56,771 bases of DNA from a bacterium (GTDB lineage Bacteria; Margulisbacteria; Marinamargulisbacteria; UBA817; JAQBTH01), in the NCBI GenBank assembly GCA_027623425.1, contig JAQBTH010000002.1, positions 1 to 56,771 of the forward strand, read 5' to 3'. Positions 15,876 through 24,057 of the stretch are shown here, one piece after another. A program made the translations under genes and the position numbers. Numbering within the stretch: the stretch's first letter is position 1; each line of letters opens with the position of its first letter. Under the pieces are notes generated by a model. The model ran no database searches, was not told the origin of the DNA, and saw nothing but the letters and a program-made list of their open reading frames with translations.

Positions 15876-16436
15876 ATGGGAAAAGCAGTTTTTTTAGATA
15901 GAGATGGAACCATCATTCAGGATCGGCATTATTTGCGAGACGTAAATGAGGTTGCTTTTGAAGACCGTGTTGTTCCGGCGTTGCACATGCTGGTTGCTGC
16001 GGGGTTTAAGCTTATCATTGTGACGAATCAGTCGGGTATTGGGCGGGGCATTATTTCCGTGTCTGAATATGAAGCAGTTGAAGCGCATTTAACGCAACGT
16101 TTGTTGGCAAATGAAGTGCCGTTGGCGGCGACGTATTATTGCCCGAATCACCCTAAAGAAGGTCAGGGCGAATATAAGCAGGAATGTGGATTTCGAAAGC
16201 CAAAACCAGGTATGATTTTTAAAGGTTTGGAACAGTTTCAGTTGGACCCAGCTCAATGTTATATGGTGGGAGATAAATTAATAGATATTGCTGCAGGTCA
16301 GGGTGCGAAATTGAAAAAGAATATTCTGGTGCGTACTGGGTACGGCGCCGAACAATCGAAGAAAAACAGCGAGATTGTGCCCGATGCAATTGCGGAGGAC
16401 TTGTATGATGCTGTGGTTAATCATATTCTAGATTAA
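15876..16436 (+). CDS. gmhB: D-glycero-D-manno-heptose 1,7-bisphosphate phosphatase (HAD family)
   Basis: AVFLDRDGTI (HAD motif I), VTNQSGIGRG, CPNHP...C.FRKPKPGM, VGDKLIDI. Start placed at ATG 15876. Confidence 0.85.
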   Translation: MGKAVFLDRDGTIIQDRHYLRDVNEVAFEDRVVPALHMLVAAGFKLIIVTNQSGIGRGIISVSEYEAVEAHLTQRLLANEVPLAATYYCPNHPKEGQGEYKQECGFRKPKPGMIFKGLEQFQLDPAQCYMVGDKLIDIAAGQGAKLKKNILVRTGYGAEQSKKNSEIVPDAIAEDLYDAVVNHILD

Positions 16437-16438
16437 TC

Positions 16439-17587
16439 ATGCAGATACTATTTGTTAGTAATGGGGCGGGTGAAGATGGAATCGCTGCAAATGTGGCTGA
16501 GTCGCTGCGTGAGTTGGTACCTGGTGTAAGTTGTTTAGGGTTTCCTCTTTTGGGTTCTGGTAAGGCCTATCGCAATCGGGGTATTGATGTGGTTAATGTG
16601 GCTGAAATGCCACCCAGTGGTGGTTTTATGCGTTCGCTTGTTAGTGTGGCTAAGGATTTAGCTGGAGGCGTGATTCGCCAGCACTATCAAAATCGCATCA
16701 AATTGCGGGAACGCCATGCTCACACCCATGCCATCGTGGCGGTTGGTGATGTGTACTGCTTGGGTATTGCGGCCAAGGGCTTTAATGGCCCAATTGTGTT
16801 TATGCCAACCGCGAAAAGTGATCGGTTTATGCCTCACACAGGTTTAGAAGTAGGGATTATGAAGCGCATTGCCAATGTTGTTGTTCCCCGTGATGAAGAC
16901 ACGGCTGCGGGGCTGCGTGCCCAAGGTGTGGATGCCATCTATTGTGGAAACCCGATGATGGATAAGTTGATGGTTGGGCATTCGTTGACAGGTGTGTTGG
17001 ATGGTAATGATAAGGATGTCGTGGCATTGATACCAGGTAGCCGAAGTGAGGCGATTTTGAATTTGGCGCGTCAATTGGATGTGGTTGTGGCGCTTTGCTC
17101 ACAAGGCTTTCAGGCTAATTTTGTAGTTGCCAAAGCACCGACGTTGAGTGTGTCGGCAATTAAAGAGGGATTGGAATCAACGGCCTGGCACGTGGCTCAA
17201 GATGGTGGACGTGTTAGTTTGGTGCACAGTAAAACTGCTGTTAAAGTGTTGATGTCTGAGGCGTTTGTAGACGTGATAAATGCTGCGCGTTGGTGCATTG
17301 GTATGGCGGGTACGGCGAACGAACAGGCGGCTCATTATGGGCGGTTTGTGTATACGTTTGTGGGTACTGGGCCGCAATCGACTGAGAAGCGGTTGCGTGA
17401 ACAGGAACAGTTGATGGGGCGGGAACGGATTTGCTTTTTGGATGCTCGGGGATCGGCGGAGCTGGCGGCGCGATTGCTTGCCGATTACAAGCAGCGGGGG
17501 ATGGGTGAGCTAAGCCCTATTGGTTATGAAACAGACGCATCAACTGCGGTGGCCCAGCTTATTGCGCAGCGCGCTGACCTCTTGTAG
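16439..17587 (+). CDS. Lipid-A-disaccharide-synthase-related (LpxB-like) glycosyltransferase-fold protein
   Basis: N-terminus ILFVSNGAGEDGIAANVAESL resembles the LpxB/GT19 N-terminus, and the size is about 380 aa. Family-level call only. Confidence 0.5.
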   Translation: MQILFVSNGAGEDGIAANVAESLRELVPGVSCLGFPLLGSGKAYRNRGIDVVNVAEMPPSGGFMRSLVSVAKDLAGGVIRQHYQNRIKLRERHAHTHAIVAVGDVYCLGIAAKGFNGPIVFMPTAKSDRFMPHTGLEVGIMKRIANVVVPRDEDTAAGLRAQGVDAIYCGNPMMDKLMVGHSLTGVLDGNDKDVVALIPGSRSEAILNLARQLDVVVALCSQGFQANFVVAKAPTLSVSAIKEGLESTAWHVAQDGGRVSLVHSKTAVKVLMSEAFVDVINAARWCIGMAGTANEQAAHYGRFVYTFVGTGPQSTEKRLREQEQLMGRERICFLDARGSAELAARLLADYKQRGMGELSPIGYETDASTAVAQLIAQRADLL

Positions 17588-18439
17588 GTCTTTTTTTAGG
17601 GGATCTAAATTTTGATTGATGATTTGAGCTCGCCATTTTGTGAGTGTGTTTATGGCTTCTAGCAGGCCTTTTTCAATGGCACTGTGGTTTGTTTCGGCGA
17701 TGTCTTTTCCCCAATTGGGGTCTGACGCGCTGACCCGTGTTGTGGATGCAAACCCTGTGGATACAATGCGTTTAAATGCGTCGAAATCGTCTTTATCAAC
17801 AAGTGATTTTGCGGCTTCAACGGTGGCGCATGCCATGAAATAGGGTAAGTGAGATGCGATTCCAACCAGGTGGTCATGTTTTTCAGCGTCAATTTCAATA
17901 ACAGAAAAATCCATTTGGCGTAAGAAACTGGTAAATACTCCATATCCGGGGTGTTCTTGGGCATTTTTGGGTGGGCATACTAAATAGTTGCACCCTTGTA
18001 TAAGCTCTTTTGTGCTGTTTTCAAATCCTCTTAGCTCATTTCCAGCCATTGGGTGGGCTGGGATGAAGAGTTGATTGTCGTTATGGGGTTGGCAATTGGG
18101 ATGTTTAGCGATGCTGCTTTTGGTGCTTCCGATGTCTGATATGACGCTAACGCCTTTTGCAAACAAGGACGTTGTGAATTGAGGAATGGTGTCGATGGGA
18201 GTGCAAATGATAGCCAAATCCACATCGGAATTAATCGCATTAATGGAGTCGTATCCGTGGTCAATTATGCCGGACTTTTCAGCGTCTTTGGCGGCAGCGA
18301 GACGGCGTGACACACCAGTTAGCGTAATGTCGGGGAAATGATATCGAATAAGGCGGGCTAGTGAGCCACCAATTAAACCGGTTCCAACGATGGCGATGTG
18401 TTGGTAGGGCGATTTTTGATTTGTTTTTGGGGTATTCAT
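17540..18439 (-). CDS. tyrA: Prephenate dehydrogenase
   Basis: IAIVGTGLIGGSLA Rossmann motif, HPMAG motif (IPAHPMAGNE), GIASHLPY. 3' end overlaps the convergent ORF 16439-17587 by 48 nt. Confidence 0.85.
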   Translation of the reverse strand: MNTPKTNQKSPYQHIAIVGTGLIGGSLARLIRYHFPDITLTGVSRRLAAAKDAEKSGIIDHGYDSINAINSDVDLAIICTPIDTIPQFTTSLFAKGVSVISDIGSTKSSIAKHPNCQPHNDNQLFIPAHPMAGNELRGFENSTKELIQGCNYLVCPPKNAQEHPGYGVFTSFLRQMDFSVIEIDAEKHDHLVGIASHLPYFMACATVEAAKSLVDKDDFDAFKRIVSTGFASTTRVSASDPNWGKDIAETNHSAIEKGLLEAINTLTKWRAQIINQNLDPLKKDLQEVSALRNKLGHRS

Positions 18440-18636
18440 TTTTTAAACCATAGCAGAGTTTAAAAACAACCAGCAAGGGGCATTGTGAGAGTGTGTCATG
18501 TTGTTCTGTTAAATTCCACAACAAAATTTAAGGGTAATAAACCAAAATCGGCGGATGATGTCCATGATTTCGCAAATTCTTTAAAACTGACGTTTTGGTT
18601 TTTTCTATTCCTTTTTCAGTATAGTGGAGGGTCGTG

Positions 18637-19008
18637 TTACAGGTGCCCGGCTTTATCGGGGCGCAGCACTGTGGCGCCATTAATGTAGATGTGTTTAATT
18701 TTGGTTTTGTCTGTATTTGTGTTCACGTGCATAAGTACGCGAATACAGCGTTCCAATGAGCCTGGAACGGCGATTTCATTTAGGCATAATAACGGCGTAT
18801 CTTCTAATTGAAGGGTTTCTCTTGCTACTTTTGCAGGAAAAACGGCGTCCAAATCTTTTGTGACAGAAAAGAAAATGGAAATAATGTCGTCAGGGTGGAG
18901 TTTGTTTTTGGTGATCATTTCAGATAGCAAGGATTCCGTGGCAGCCAATATCTCTGACTCGTTATTTTGATCGGCAGTTGTTGCGCCTCTAATTCCTCTG
19001 ACAGGCAT
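18637..19008 (-). CDS. aroH: Chorismate mutase, AroH class
   Basis: N-terminal VRGIRGATT signature, about 120 aa, same architecture as Bacillus-type AroH. Confidence 0.85.
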   Translation of the reverse strand: MPVRGIRGATTADQNNESEILAATESLLSEMITKNKLHPDDIISIFFSVTKDLDAVFPAKVARETLQLEDTPLLCLNEIAVPGSLERCIRVLMHVNTNTDKTKIKHIYINGATVLRPDKAGHL

Positions 19009-19531
19009 TGGGTATCTCCTTTGTTAATTCGGTAATAAAAGTCTCTTTATCCACTGGCGTGTTGCCATACAATCGAAGCGATGTTGTGACCGGTTCGAGT
19101 GAGCCTGAAAACTGAGTTTGGTTTAGATTGAGACCGATTCCGATTATAACATAATTAGGGGTGGTTTGAGAGGCGGAGCTATTGCATTCAATCAAAATTC
19201 CCCCCACTTTTTTAATGCCTAAGATAATATCGTTTGGCCACTCTAGTTCAACGGGTATTTGGGTTAATCTTTTGGTGATGCTGACCACCATTTTTCCAAC
19301 GGCTTGTGTGATAGATGGGATGTCTTCTTGAGATAAACCGATGTTTTTTGACCCAAATGAAATATACAGGCCGCCGGGCGTGCTTTCCCATACTCGCCCA
19401 TGTTGGCCGCGACCGTTGGTTTGGGTGTCGCTAATGACAATGCATTCCGATTCACCGGCTTCTAGTAGATGCTTTGCTTCGTCGTTAGTTGACCCCACTT
19501 CTTTAAAGCGGAATTCCTTCGGTTGTGGCAT
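18989..19531 (-). CDS. birA: Biotin--[acetyl-CoA-carboxylase] ligase, short form without HTH
   Basis: TQTNGRGQHGRVWESTPGGLYISF (GRGRxGRxW-type motif), KWPNDI-like EWPNDIIL. Start set at ATG 19531, one nt after the hldD stop. Confidence 0.8.
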   Translation of the reverse strand: MPQPKEFRFKEVGSTNDEAKHLLEAGESECIVISDTQTNGRGQHGRVWESTPGGLYISFGSKNIGLSQEDIPSITQAVGKMVVSITKRLTQIPVELEWPNDIILGIKKVGGILIECNSSASQTTPNYVIIGIGLNLNQTQFSGSLEPVTTSLRLYGNTPVDKETFITELTKEIPNACQRN

Positions 19532-19532
19532 G

Positions 19533-20507
19533 TTAGGAAAGAGGGCGCTCTGGATCGAGGTAGTTTGATACGTAATCGGCACAAGCATCTTCAAGCGATG
19601 TCATTTTAATGGGGCATCCTACACTGGTGAGTTTGTCCATTTTGGCTTCAGTAAAGTACTGGTATTGTTTTTTCAGATGGTCGGGCATATCGAAGTACTC
19701 GATTTTTGGGGTGATGTCCATACCATGAAATACCGCGTTGGCTAAATCGTTCCATGTTTTTGCTTGGCCTGTGCCCACATTGTAAATGCCATTTACGTTT
19801 GGGTTGGTCATTAGCCAGTACATAATATTGACGCAGTCTTTGATGTACACAAAATCTCGTTTTTGACCGCCATCTTCATAGTCTGGGTGGTCGGATTTAA
19901 ATAAACGCAATTTTCCGTGTTCTTTGATTTGTGGCACGGCTTGGCACGCCACCGACCGCATGGATCCTTTATGGTATTCGTTAGGGCCAAAAACGTTAAA
20001 AAATTTCAGTCCAACAATGTGGTCTAGTAAGCCGTTTCGAAGAAAATGCAAATCGGCCAACTGTTTGGAATAAGCATAGCGGTTTATGGGGCGTAAGGAT
20101 TCAATTGTGTCATGGTTGTCATCGAATCCATTTTCACCCTCACCGTATGTGGCTGCGCTGCTGGCGTATAGGTATCGAATGTCATTTTGTAGGCACCAAT
20201 CTGCTAAAATCAGGGTGTATTGGGTGTTATTTGTATACAGGTAATCCATGTTTGTTTCAGTGGTTGCTGAGCAGGCCCCCATATGGATTACTGCGCTGCA
20301 GTCAGACGCAAATTCAGTGTTCTCTTGAATGAGTTCAATAAAATCGGTTTTATGAATGTATTCGGTGTATTTAAGTGGTACCAGATTGCGCCAGGATTCG
20401 TGCTCTTCAAATTCATCCACCACGATGATATCGGTAATGCCTTCTTGGTTCAGCTTCCATACGAAAGCGCTTCCAATAAATCCTGCACCGCCAGTAACAA
20501 TAATCAT
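19533..20507 (-). CDS. hldD: ADP-L-glycero-D-manno-heptose 6-epimerase
   Basis: MIIVTGGAGFIGS, SSAATYG, YAYSK catalytic motif. Start at ATG 20507 with AAGGA SD; the upstream part of the tracked ORF is the tRNA. Confidence 0.9.
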   Translation of the reverse strand: MIIVTGGAGFIGSAFVWKLNQEGITDIIVVDEFEEHESWRNLVPLKYTEYIHKTDFIELIQENTEFASDCSAVIHMGACSATTETNMDYLYTNNTQYTLILADWCLQNDIRYLYASSAATYGEGENGFDDNHDTIESLRPINRYAYSKQLADLHFLRNGLLDHIVGLKFFNVFGPNEYHKGSMRSVACQAVPQIKEHGKLRLFKSDHPDYEDGGQKRDFVYIKDCVNIMYWLMTNPNVNGIYNVGTGQAKTWNDLANAVFHGMDITPKIEYFDMPDHLKKQYQYFTEAKMDKLTSVGCPIKMTSLEDACADYVSNYLDPERPLS

Positions 20508-20522
20508 GAAACATCCTTTGTG

Positions 20523-20607
20523 TGGTGCGCGCGGAGGGAATCGAACCCCCACGCCTTACGGCACTAGATCCTAAGTCTAGCGCGTCTACCAATTCCGCCA
20601 CGCGCGC
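20523..20607 (-). tRNA. tRNA-Leu (anticodon UAG), long variable arm, CCA encoded
   Basis: Manual fold of the minus strand: GCGCGCG-TG-GCGG-AATTGGTAG-ACGC-G-CTAGA-CTTAGGA-TCTAG-TGCCGTAAGGCGT-GGGGG-TTCGATT-CCCTC-CGCGCGC-A-CCA. Confidence 0.92.
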
Positions 20608-20641
20608 ATATCATTCATTGGTTTGGTTCGCGTATTCTAAC

Positions 20642-20671
20642 AAAAAGCCAGCGTGACGGCAACACGCTGGC
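20642..20671 (-). terminator. Rho-independent terminator after ORF 20936-21679, just upstream of tRNA-Leu
   Basis: Minus-strand RNA: GCCAGCGUG-UUGCCGU-CACGCUGGC (9-bp GC-rich stem) followed by UUUUUG. Confidence 0.7.
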
Positions 20672-20808
20672 TTTAGTAGAAGGAGATGAAGACATGGCAA
20701 CGATGTAAAAAATACTACTTTGGGTATTCCGAGGAATCCCTCAATGTCTTCAAGAGCAATAATGCCTCATATGAAATGGCGATACTATCCACCAAGGTGT
20801 GTATTTAT

Positions 20809-20832
20809 TAAAACTCAACCATATGGTTGATG
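20809..20832. repeat. 24-nt repeat copy 1 containing perfect 16-bp palindrome TCAACCATATGGTTGA
   Basis: TAAAACTCAACCATATGGTTGATG, identical to 20904-20927. Confidence 0.95.
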
Positions 20833-20903
20833 GTGTTTGCTATCAAACGATAGGTGTATGTAGTGACAGGTAAATTGGGGTGTAATTTATCTTGTGTTTG
20901 ACC

Positions 20904-20927
20904 TAAAACTCAACCATATGGTTGATG
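20904..20927. repeat. 24-nt repeat copy 2 containing perfect 16-bp palindrome TCAACCATATGGTTGA
   Basis: TAAAACTCAACCATATGGTTGATG, 95 bp from copy 1 and 9 nt past the stop codon of ORF 20936-21679. Confidence 0.95.
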
Positions 20928-20935
20928 TGATAAAT

Positions 20936-21679
20936 CTATTGCGCCAAGCGCGCTTGTATCGCGCATGATGTAAAATAGCGGCTTAATTTTTTTTTGCTAT
21001 CTTCAAGCAATAATTCTGGTTGTTTTATAGTCATTAACACCGTTGTTATATCACGTTTTACGTGGCATTTTGGTAGAAACTCTAGTAATATAGCGCATTG
21101 GCCAGGCGTTAGTTTAGAGGACATCTCTAGTAAAATGGCAGCATATTGCCCTTCCTGAATCTCATATAGGAGAGGGCACTTCTCTTGGCATGTTTTTACC
21201 CAAAATAATGCGTCTTTCATGTTTTTTTTGGCGAGCGCAAGAGTGTCTTCTCCCAGAAGATTTGGGTTTTCTTGTATTAAATCAGGTATATTCTCTAATG
21301 CTATTTTTGCTAATGGTAAATTTATTTGTGCTTCTTCTAGTATTTCTACCAAGCCACCTAGTGCGTTTGGGGTGTGACTTAAATAGGTTTTTACTGCGTC
21401 TTGATTCAAAATGGTCATGACTGTGTTTCTTTCAACCGGCATTAAGAAACGTGATAATAGGTTGTATGCCAATAGAAATTGTGGCGAACTGGTTTGATGG
21501 GGAAAGATGTTTGTTAACAGCCTAGACTCATCGTTTATGGGAATATCATGTACGGCGCTCACGGCGTATTGTGGAGGCACGTTTACTGGTGATGCAGCAC
21601 GAGCTGTTAGTCTGTTTCTGCCGTCTTGCCATGACACATAGCAAGGGGGAGCCGTACTTGTTTGTCTTATATTTTCCAT
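20936..21679 (-). CDS. Hypothetical helical protein (247 aa)
   Basis: ORF only, looks AT-richer than the backbone by eye. No signal peptide or TM. Contains an A9 tract (20987-20995) coding KKK. Confidence 0.6.
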   Translation of the reverse strand: MENIRQTSTAPPCYVSWQDGRNRLTARAASPVNVPPQYAVSAVHDIPINDESRLLTNIFPHQTSSPQFLLAYNLLSRFLMPVERNTVMTILNQDAVKTYLSHTPNALGGLVEILEEAQINLPLAKIALENIPDLIQENPNLLGEDTLALAKKNMKDALFWVKTCQEKCPLLYEIQEGQYAAILLEMSSKLTPGQCAILLEFLPKCHVKRDITTVLMTIKQPELLLEDSKKKLSRYFTSCAIQARLAQ

Positions 21680-21814
21680 ATCAATTATCGCTTTCAGTTG
21701 GGCTACTATTTCATTTTTAATTTATTTAAATTTTGAATTATTCTTTTTATTCTTGTTTTTTTCACATATACTTAAATTTACATTCCCAAAATCTATATTA
21801 TCAGAGGAGTTTTT

Positions 21815-22987
21815 ATGGCCAGCGTTGCATTGCGTTTAGTTCGGAGTGGTACACGGCGGGTAGTTCCTGCTGTTGCGGGCTCAATCCAAAGAAGTTTTTC
21901 TTCTTCAATCAACGCGGGGACTCAGGTGCTATCCACACGGCCTCAGGTTGTAGTGGGTTTAGGTGAATTGGGGGGTCTTTTTGCCCGTGAGGCTAGTGCA
22001 ACAATGGTGGGGGCCCTCAAAAGAGAATCCACTCCTAATGGCGTAACTGTAACACGTTTTAATTATGATGCGACGGCGCCAGATCATGCTGAACAATTAC
22101 TTGAAACCGTGTTTACTCGCCATCCTGATGGTGCCGATATCATATATGCCATTGGTGCGTGCTCTGGTGATGCAGAGGGAAACCCGGATCTTGCGCATCA
22201 AGTGAACGTATTAGCCCCGCTTCAGCTTATGGCTGCTACGGCAGGAACTGGTGTGCGGACGGTGTTTTTTTCATCTATGGCGGCTCGAGAGGGTTTGGGT
22301 GCAATTGTTGGTAACGAACCCGCAAATGCTGTTCGTTTGTACGGTAGCCAAAAAGCAGAGCTTGAATCGGGTGTTCGGTTTCAGCATCGCAAAGGAAATC
22401 GTAATGTTACTGCACTTGGGGTGCCTGGAATGTTGCCCGATGTGACCCTATTTGAAGGTGACGTGCCTAAAATAGGTGGCGGTGGTTCTACGGATCCCAT
22501 GCCATTATATATTCAAGCTGCAATGTTGAATTTATTTGCCCATTCGAACGGTCAGCCAATACCTGTTCCGACGTTGGTTTTACCGCTTTTATCTGATTCA
22601 GAAACCGCTTTTACTACCCATAGAGCGTTTCGCGTGGGTATGCAGTGCCTACTTAGTAAAAGTGGGCCGTTTGAAACCCCTGTTGTGGGTGTGCCTGGGG
22701 CTGCCATAAGTTTGGAAATGGCGCAATTTGTATTGCAATCATCTGGTGTTCGAGGGGGCGTGCTACCAGTGGTTATTGGCCGTCCAGATATTCGAAATGA
22801 TTTTGTTGCGTTATGGCCAACCTCTCAGTCTGGGGATTCTGTTGGTAAAGCATGTTTTGGTAGTAATTCAGTTTTTGATTCGATTTTAAGTTGTGCGAAG
22901 GGGTTTTTCAGGGTACCGTATGCGGCTAATTTAGCTGCATTTAATGCGACCCTGGCCCGCATTTGGCCAGAGGGAGTTCCCAAATAA
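21815..22987 (+). CDS. Extended short-chain dehydrogenase/epimerase-fold protein, L-threonine 3-dehydrogenase-like, with 43-aa basic N-terminal extension
   Basis: Strong SD (AGAGGAG). VVVGLGELGG (GxGxxG), YGSQK (YxxxK), GGGGSTDPMPLYIQAA and a WP...D...K tail, colinear with motifs I recall from animal/bacterial TDH (GLGQLG, YGxSK, GGGTTDYAVQIF). Confidence 0.55.
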   Translation: MASVALRLVRSGTRRVVPAVAGSIQRSFSSSINAGTQVLSTRPQVVVGLGELGGLFAREASATMVGALKRESTPNGVTVTRFNYDATAPDHAEQLLETVFTRHPDGADIIYAIGACSGDAEGNPDLAHQVNVLAPLQLMAATAGTGVRTVFFSSMAAREGLGAIVGNEPANAVRLYGSQKAELESGVRFQHRKGNRNVTALGVPGMLPDVTLFEGDVPKIGGGGSTDPMPLYIQAAMLNLFAHSNGQPIPVPTLVLPLLSDSETAFTTHRAFRVGMQCLLSKSGPFETPVVGVPGAAISLEMAQFVLQSSGVRGGVLPVVIGRPDIRNDFVALWPTSQSGDSVGKACFGSNSVFDSILSCAKGFFRVPYAANLAAFNATLARIWPEGVPK

Positions 22988-23027
22988 GTGGGTGTTTGTT
23001 TTTGTGCCTGCGCGTTATACTGGTGCC

Positions 23028-23807
23028 ATGAATAAACGACACCTTATATCACTGTTTGTTTTGGCGATGGCTCTTTTTGGTTCAACATCACTTGTTTTTG
23101 CATCAGAGTCATCTACTCACCCCGATGGTTTGTTTTTTACCGGGGCAATTGGTGGTGCGTTTAATGCGCCCACTAATGTGCAGTTTCGCCAAAAAGGTGA
23201 AGATGATGTAAGCGTATTTGCCAATTATTCTAATAAATCATTTGAAGATTATCCTTATTGGACCATGCGGTTTGAAAATTGGAATGCGAATAACGCGTTA
23301 GAATTTGAATTAATTCATCATAAAATTTATTTAGAAAATACCCCCGATGAAGTGGCTTATTTTAATGTGAGTGATGGGTATAATATGTTTATGCTAAACC
23401 GCGCTAGGCGAATTGGGCCGCGTATTTGGCGTGTGGGTGGCGGTGTTGTGATTGGGCATGCCGAAAGCAAGGTGCGTGGCCAAAAATTAGATTCCAGTGA
23501 GGGGCTTGGGGATGCGGGATTTTTTGTGGGTGGGCCTGCGGTTCAAGCCGGTGTTGAGTGGCGCCGTTTTACTACAGAAACGTTGTTTTTTAGTTTGGAA
23601 CAAAAATTAACGGCCGCTTATACCGAGTTTCCCATAAACGATGGTGTTGTAAGCGGGTTTAATTTTGCGTGGCATATTAATCTTAGGTGGGGCTCTAAAA
23701 AACCTGGCACTGGCGCGTCTTTGAAAGATCATGTGGTATTTTGGTCGCCGTTGGCAATGCCGTTTACCTTAGATGCGGTTTTTCCTAGGTATATTGATAA
23801 ACAGTAA
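23028..23807 (+). CDS. Putative outer-membrane beta-barrel protein (259 aa)
   Basis: Signal peptide MNKRHLISLFVLAMALFGSTSLVFA-S. Alternating aromatic/hydrophobic strands (FNFAWHINLRWG, TLFFSLEQKLTAAY). Start placed at ATG 23028. Confidence 0.6.
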   Translation: MNKRHLISLFVLAMALFGSTSLVFASESSTHPDGLFFTGAIGGAFNAPTNVQFRQKGEDDVSVFANYSNKSFEDYPYWTMRFENWNANNALEFELIHHKIYLENTPDEVAYFNVSDGYNMFMLNRARRIGPRIWRVGGGVVIGHAESKVRGQKLDSSEGLGDAGFFVGGPAVQAGVEWRRFTTETLFFSLEQKLTAAYTEFPINDGVVSGFNFAWHINLRWGSKKPGTGASLKDHVVFWSPLAMPFTLDAVFPRYIDKQ

Positions 23808-23846
23808 CTAAAATGTGTCATATGTCACGCTAGGGTGTGACCTTGG

Positions 23847-23872
23847 GATTCCCATCGAGTTGGGAATGACGC
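23847..23872 (+). repeat. Hairpin repeat copy (GGGAATGACGG family)
   Basis: GATTCCCAtcgagtTGGGAATGACGC, 40 nt after the stop of ORF 23028-23807. Confidence 0.75.
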
Positions 23873-23960
23873 CTGTGAAATGACTGTTGCGACGTGTGGT
23901 TTGAAACCGACTCATGATGCGTATGCACTTTTCTAGCGCAAGGAGTGAGTGTGGATGTAA

Positions 23961-23988
23961 TAAAGTTTTGCGTGCGGGCTACCGATAA
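23961..23988 (+). promoter_or_regulatory. Sigma-28 (FliA/SigD-type) promoter candidate for the 24058-28327 cassette
   Basis: TAAAGTTT (exact -35 consensus) - 12 nt - ACCGATAA (7/8 of GCCGATAA), about 70 nt upstream of the ATG at 24058, which has a GGAGG SD. Confidence 0.65.
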
Positions 23989-24057
23989 TGCCAACAGAAT
24001 GACTTGGGAACAAAACCGAGTCGGGAACTGTTTAACAGTTTATTGGAGGTATTTATT

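Noticed and set aside
18440-18636. 197-nt untranslated gap between aroH and tyrA, considered as a T-box, riboswitch or attenuator leader for tyrA.
   Set aside because: I could not find a T-box motif, a specifier-loop/antiterminator arrangement, a leader peptide with Tyr/Phe codons, or a convincing terminator hairpin. It remains just a long gap, probably holding an internal promoter.
20283-20601. Track ORFs 20283-20567, 20356-20574 and 20413-20601 at the hldD 5' end.
   Set aside because: They run through the tRNA-Leu gene (20523-20607) or are antisense to hldD. The upstream 15 codons of the tracked hldD ORF are also tRNA sequence.
20608-20935. Integrase, transposase or a prophage remnant next to tRNA-Leu.
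   Set aside because: No ORF with recombinase-like motifs exists in any frame here or elsewhere in the window, and I found no duplicate of the tRNA 3' end. Only the 24-nt palindromic repeat pair is present, and it is reported separately.
20987-20995. A9/T9 homopolymer inside ORF 20936-21679, considered as a phase-variation switch.
   Set aside because: It simply encodes KKK near the C-terminus. This is a single tract of modest length with no evidence of variability, and a frameshift there would only alter the last ~20 residues.
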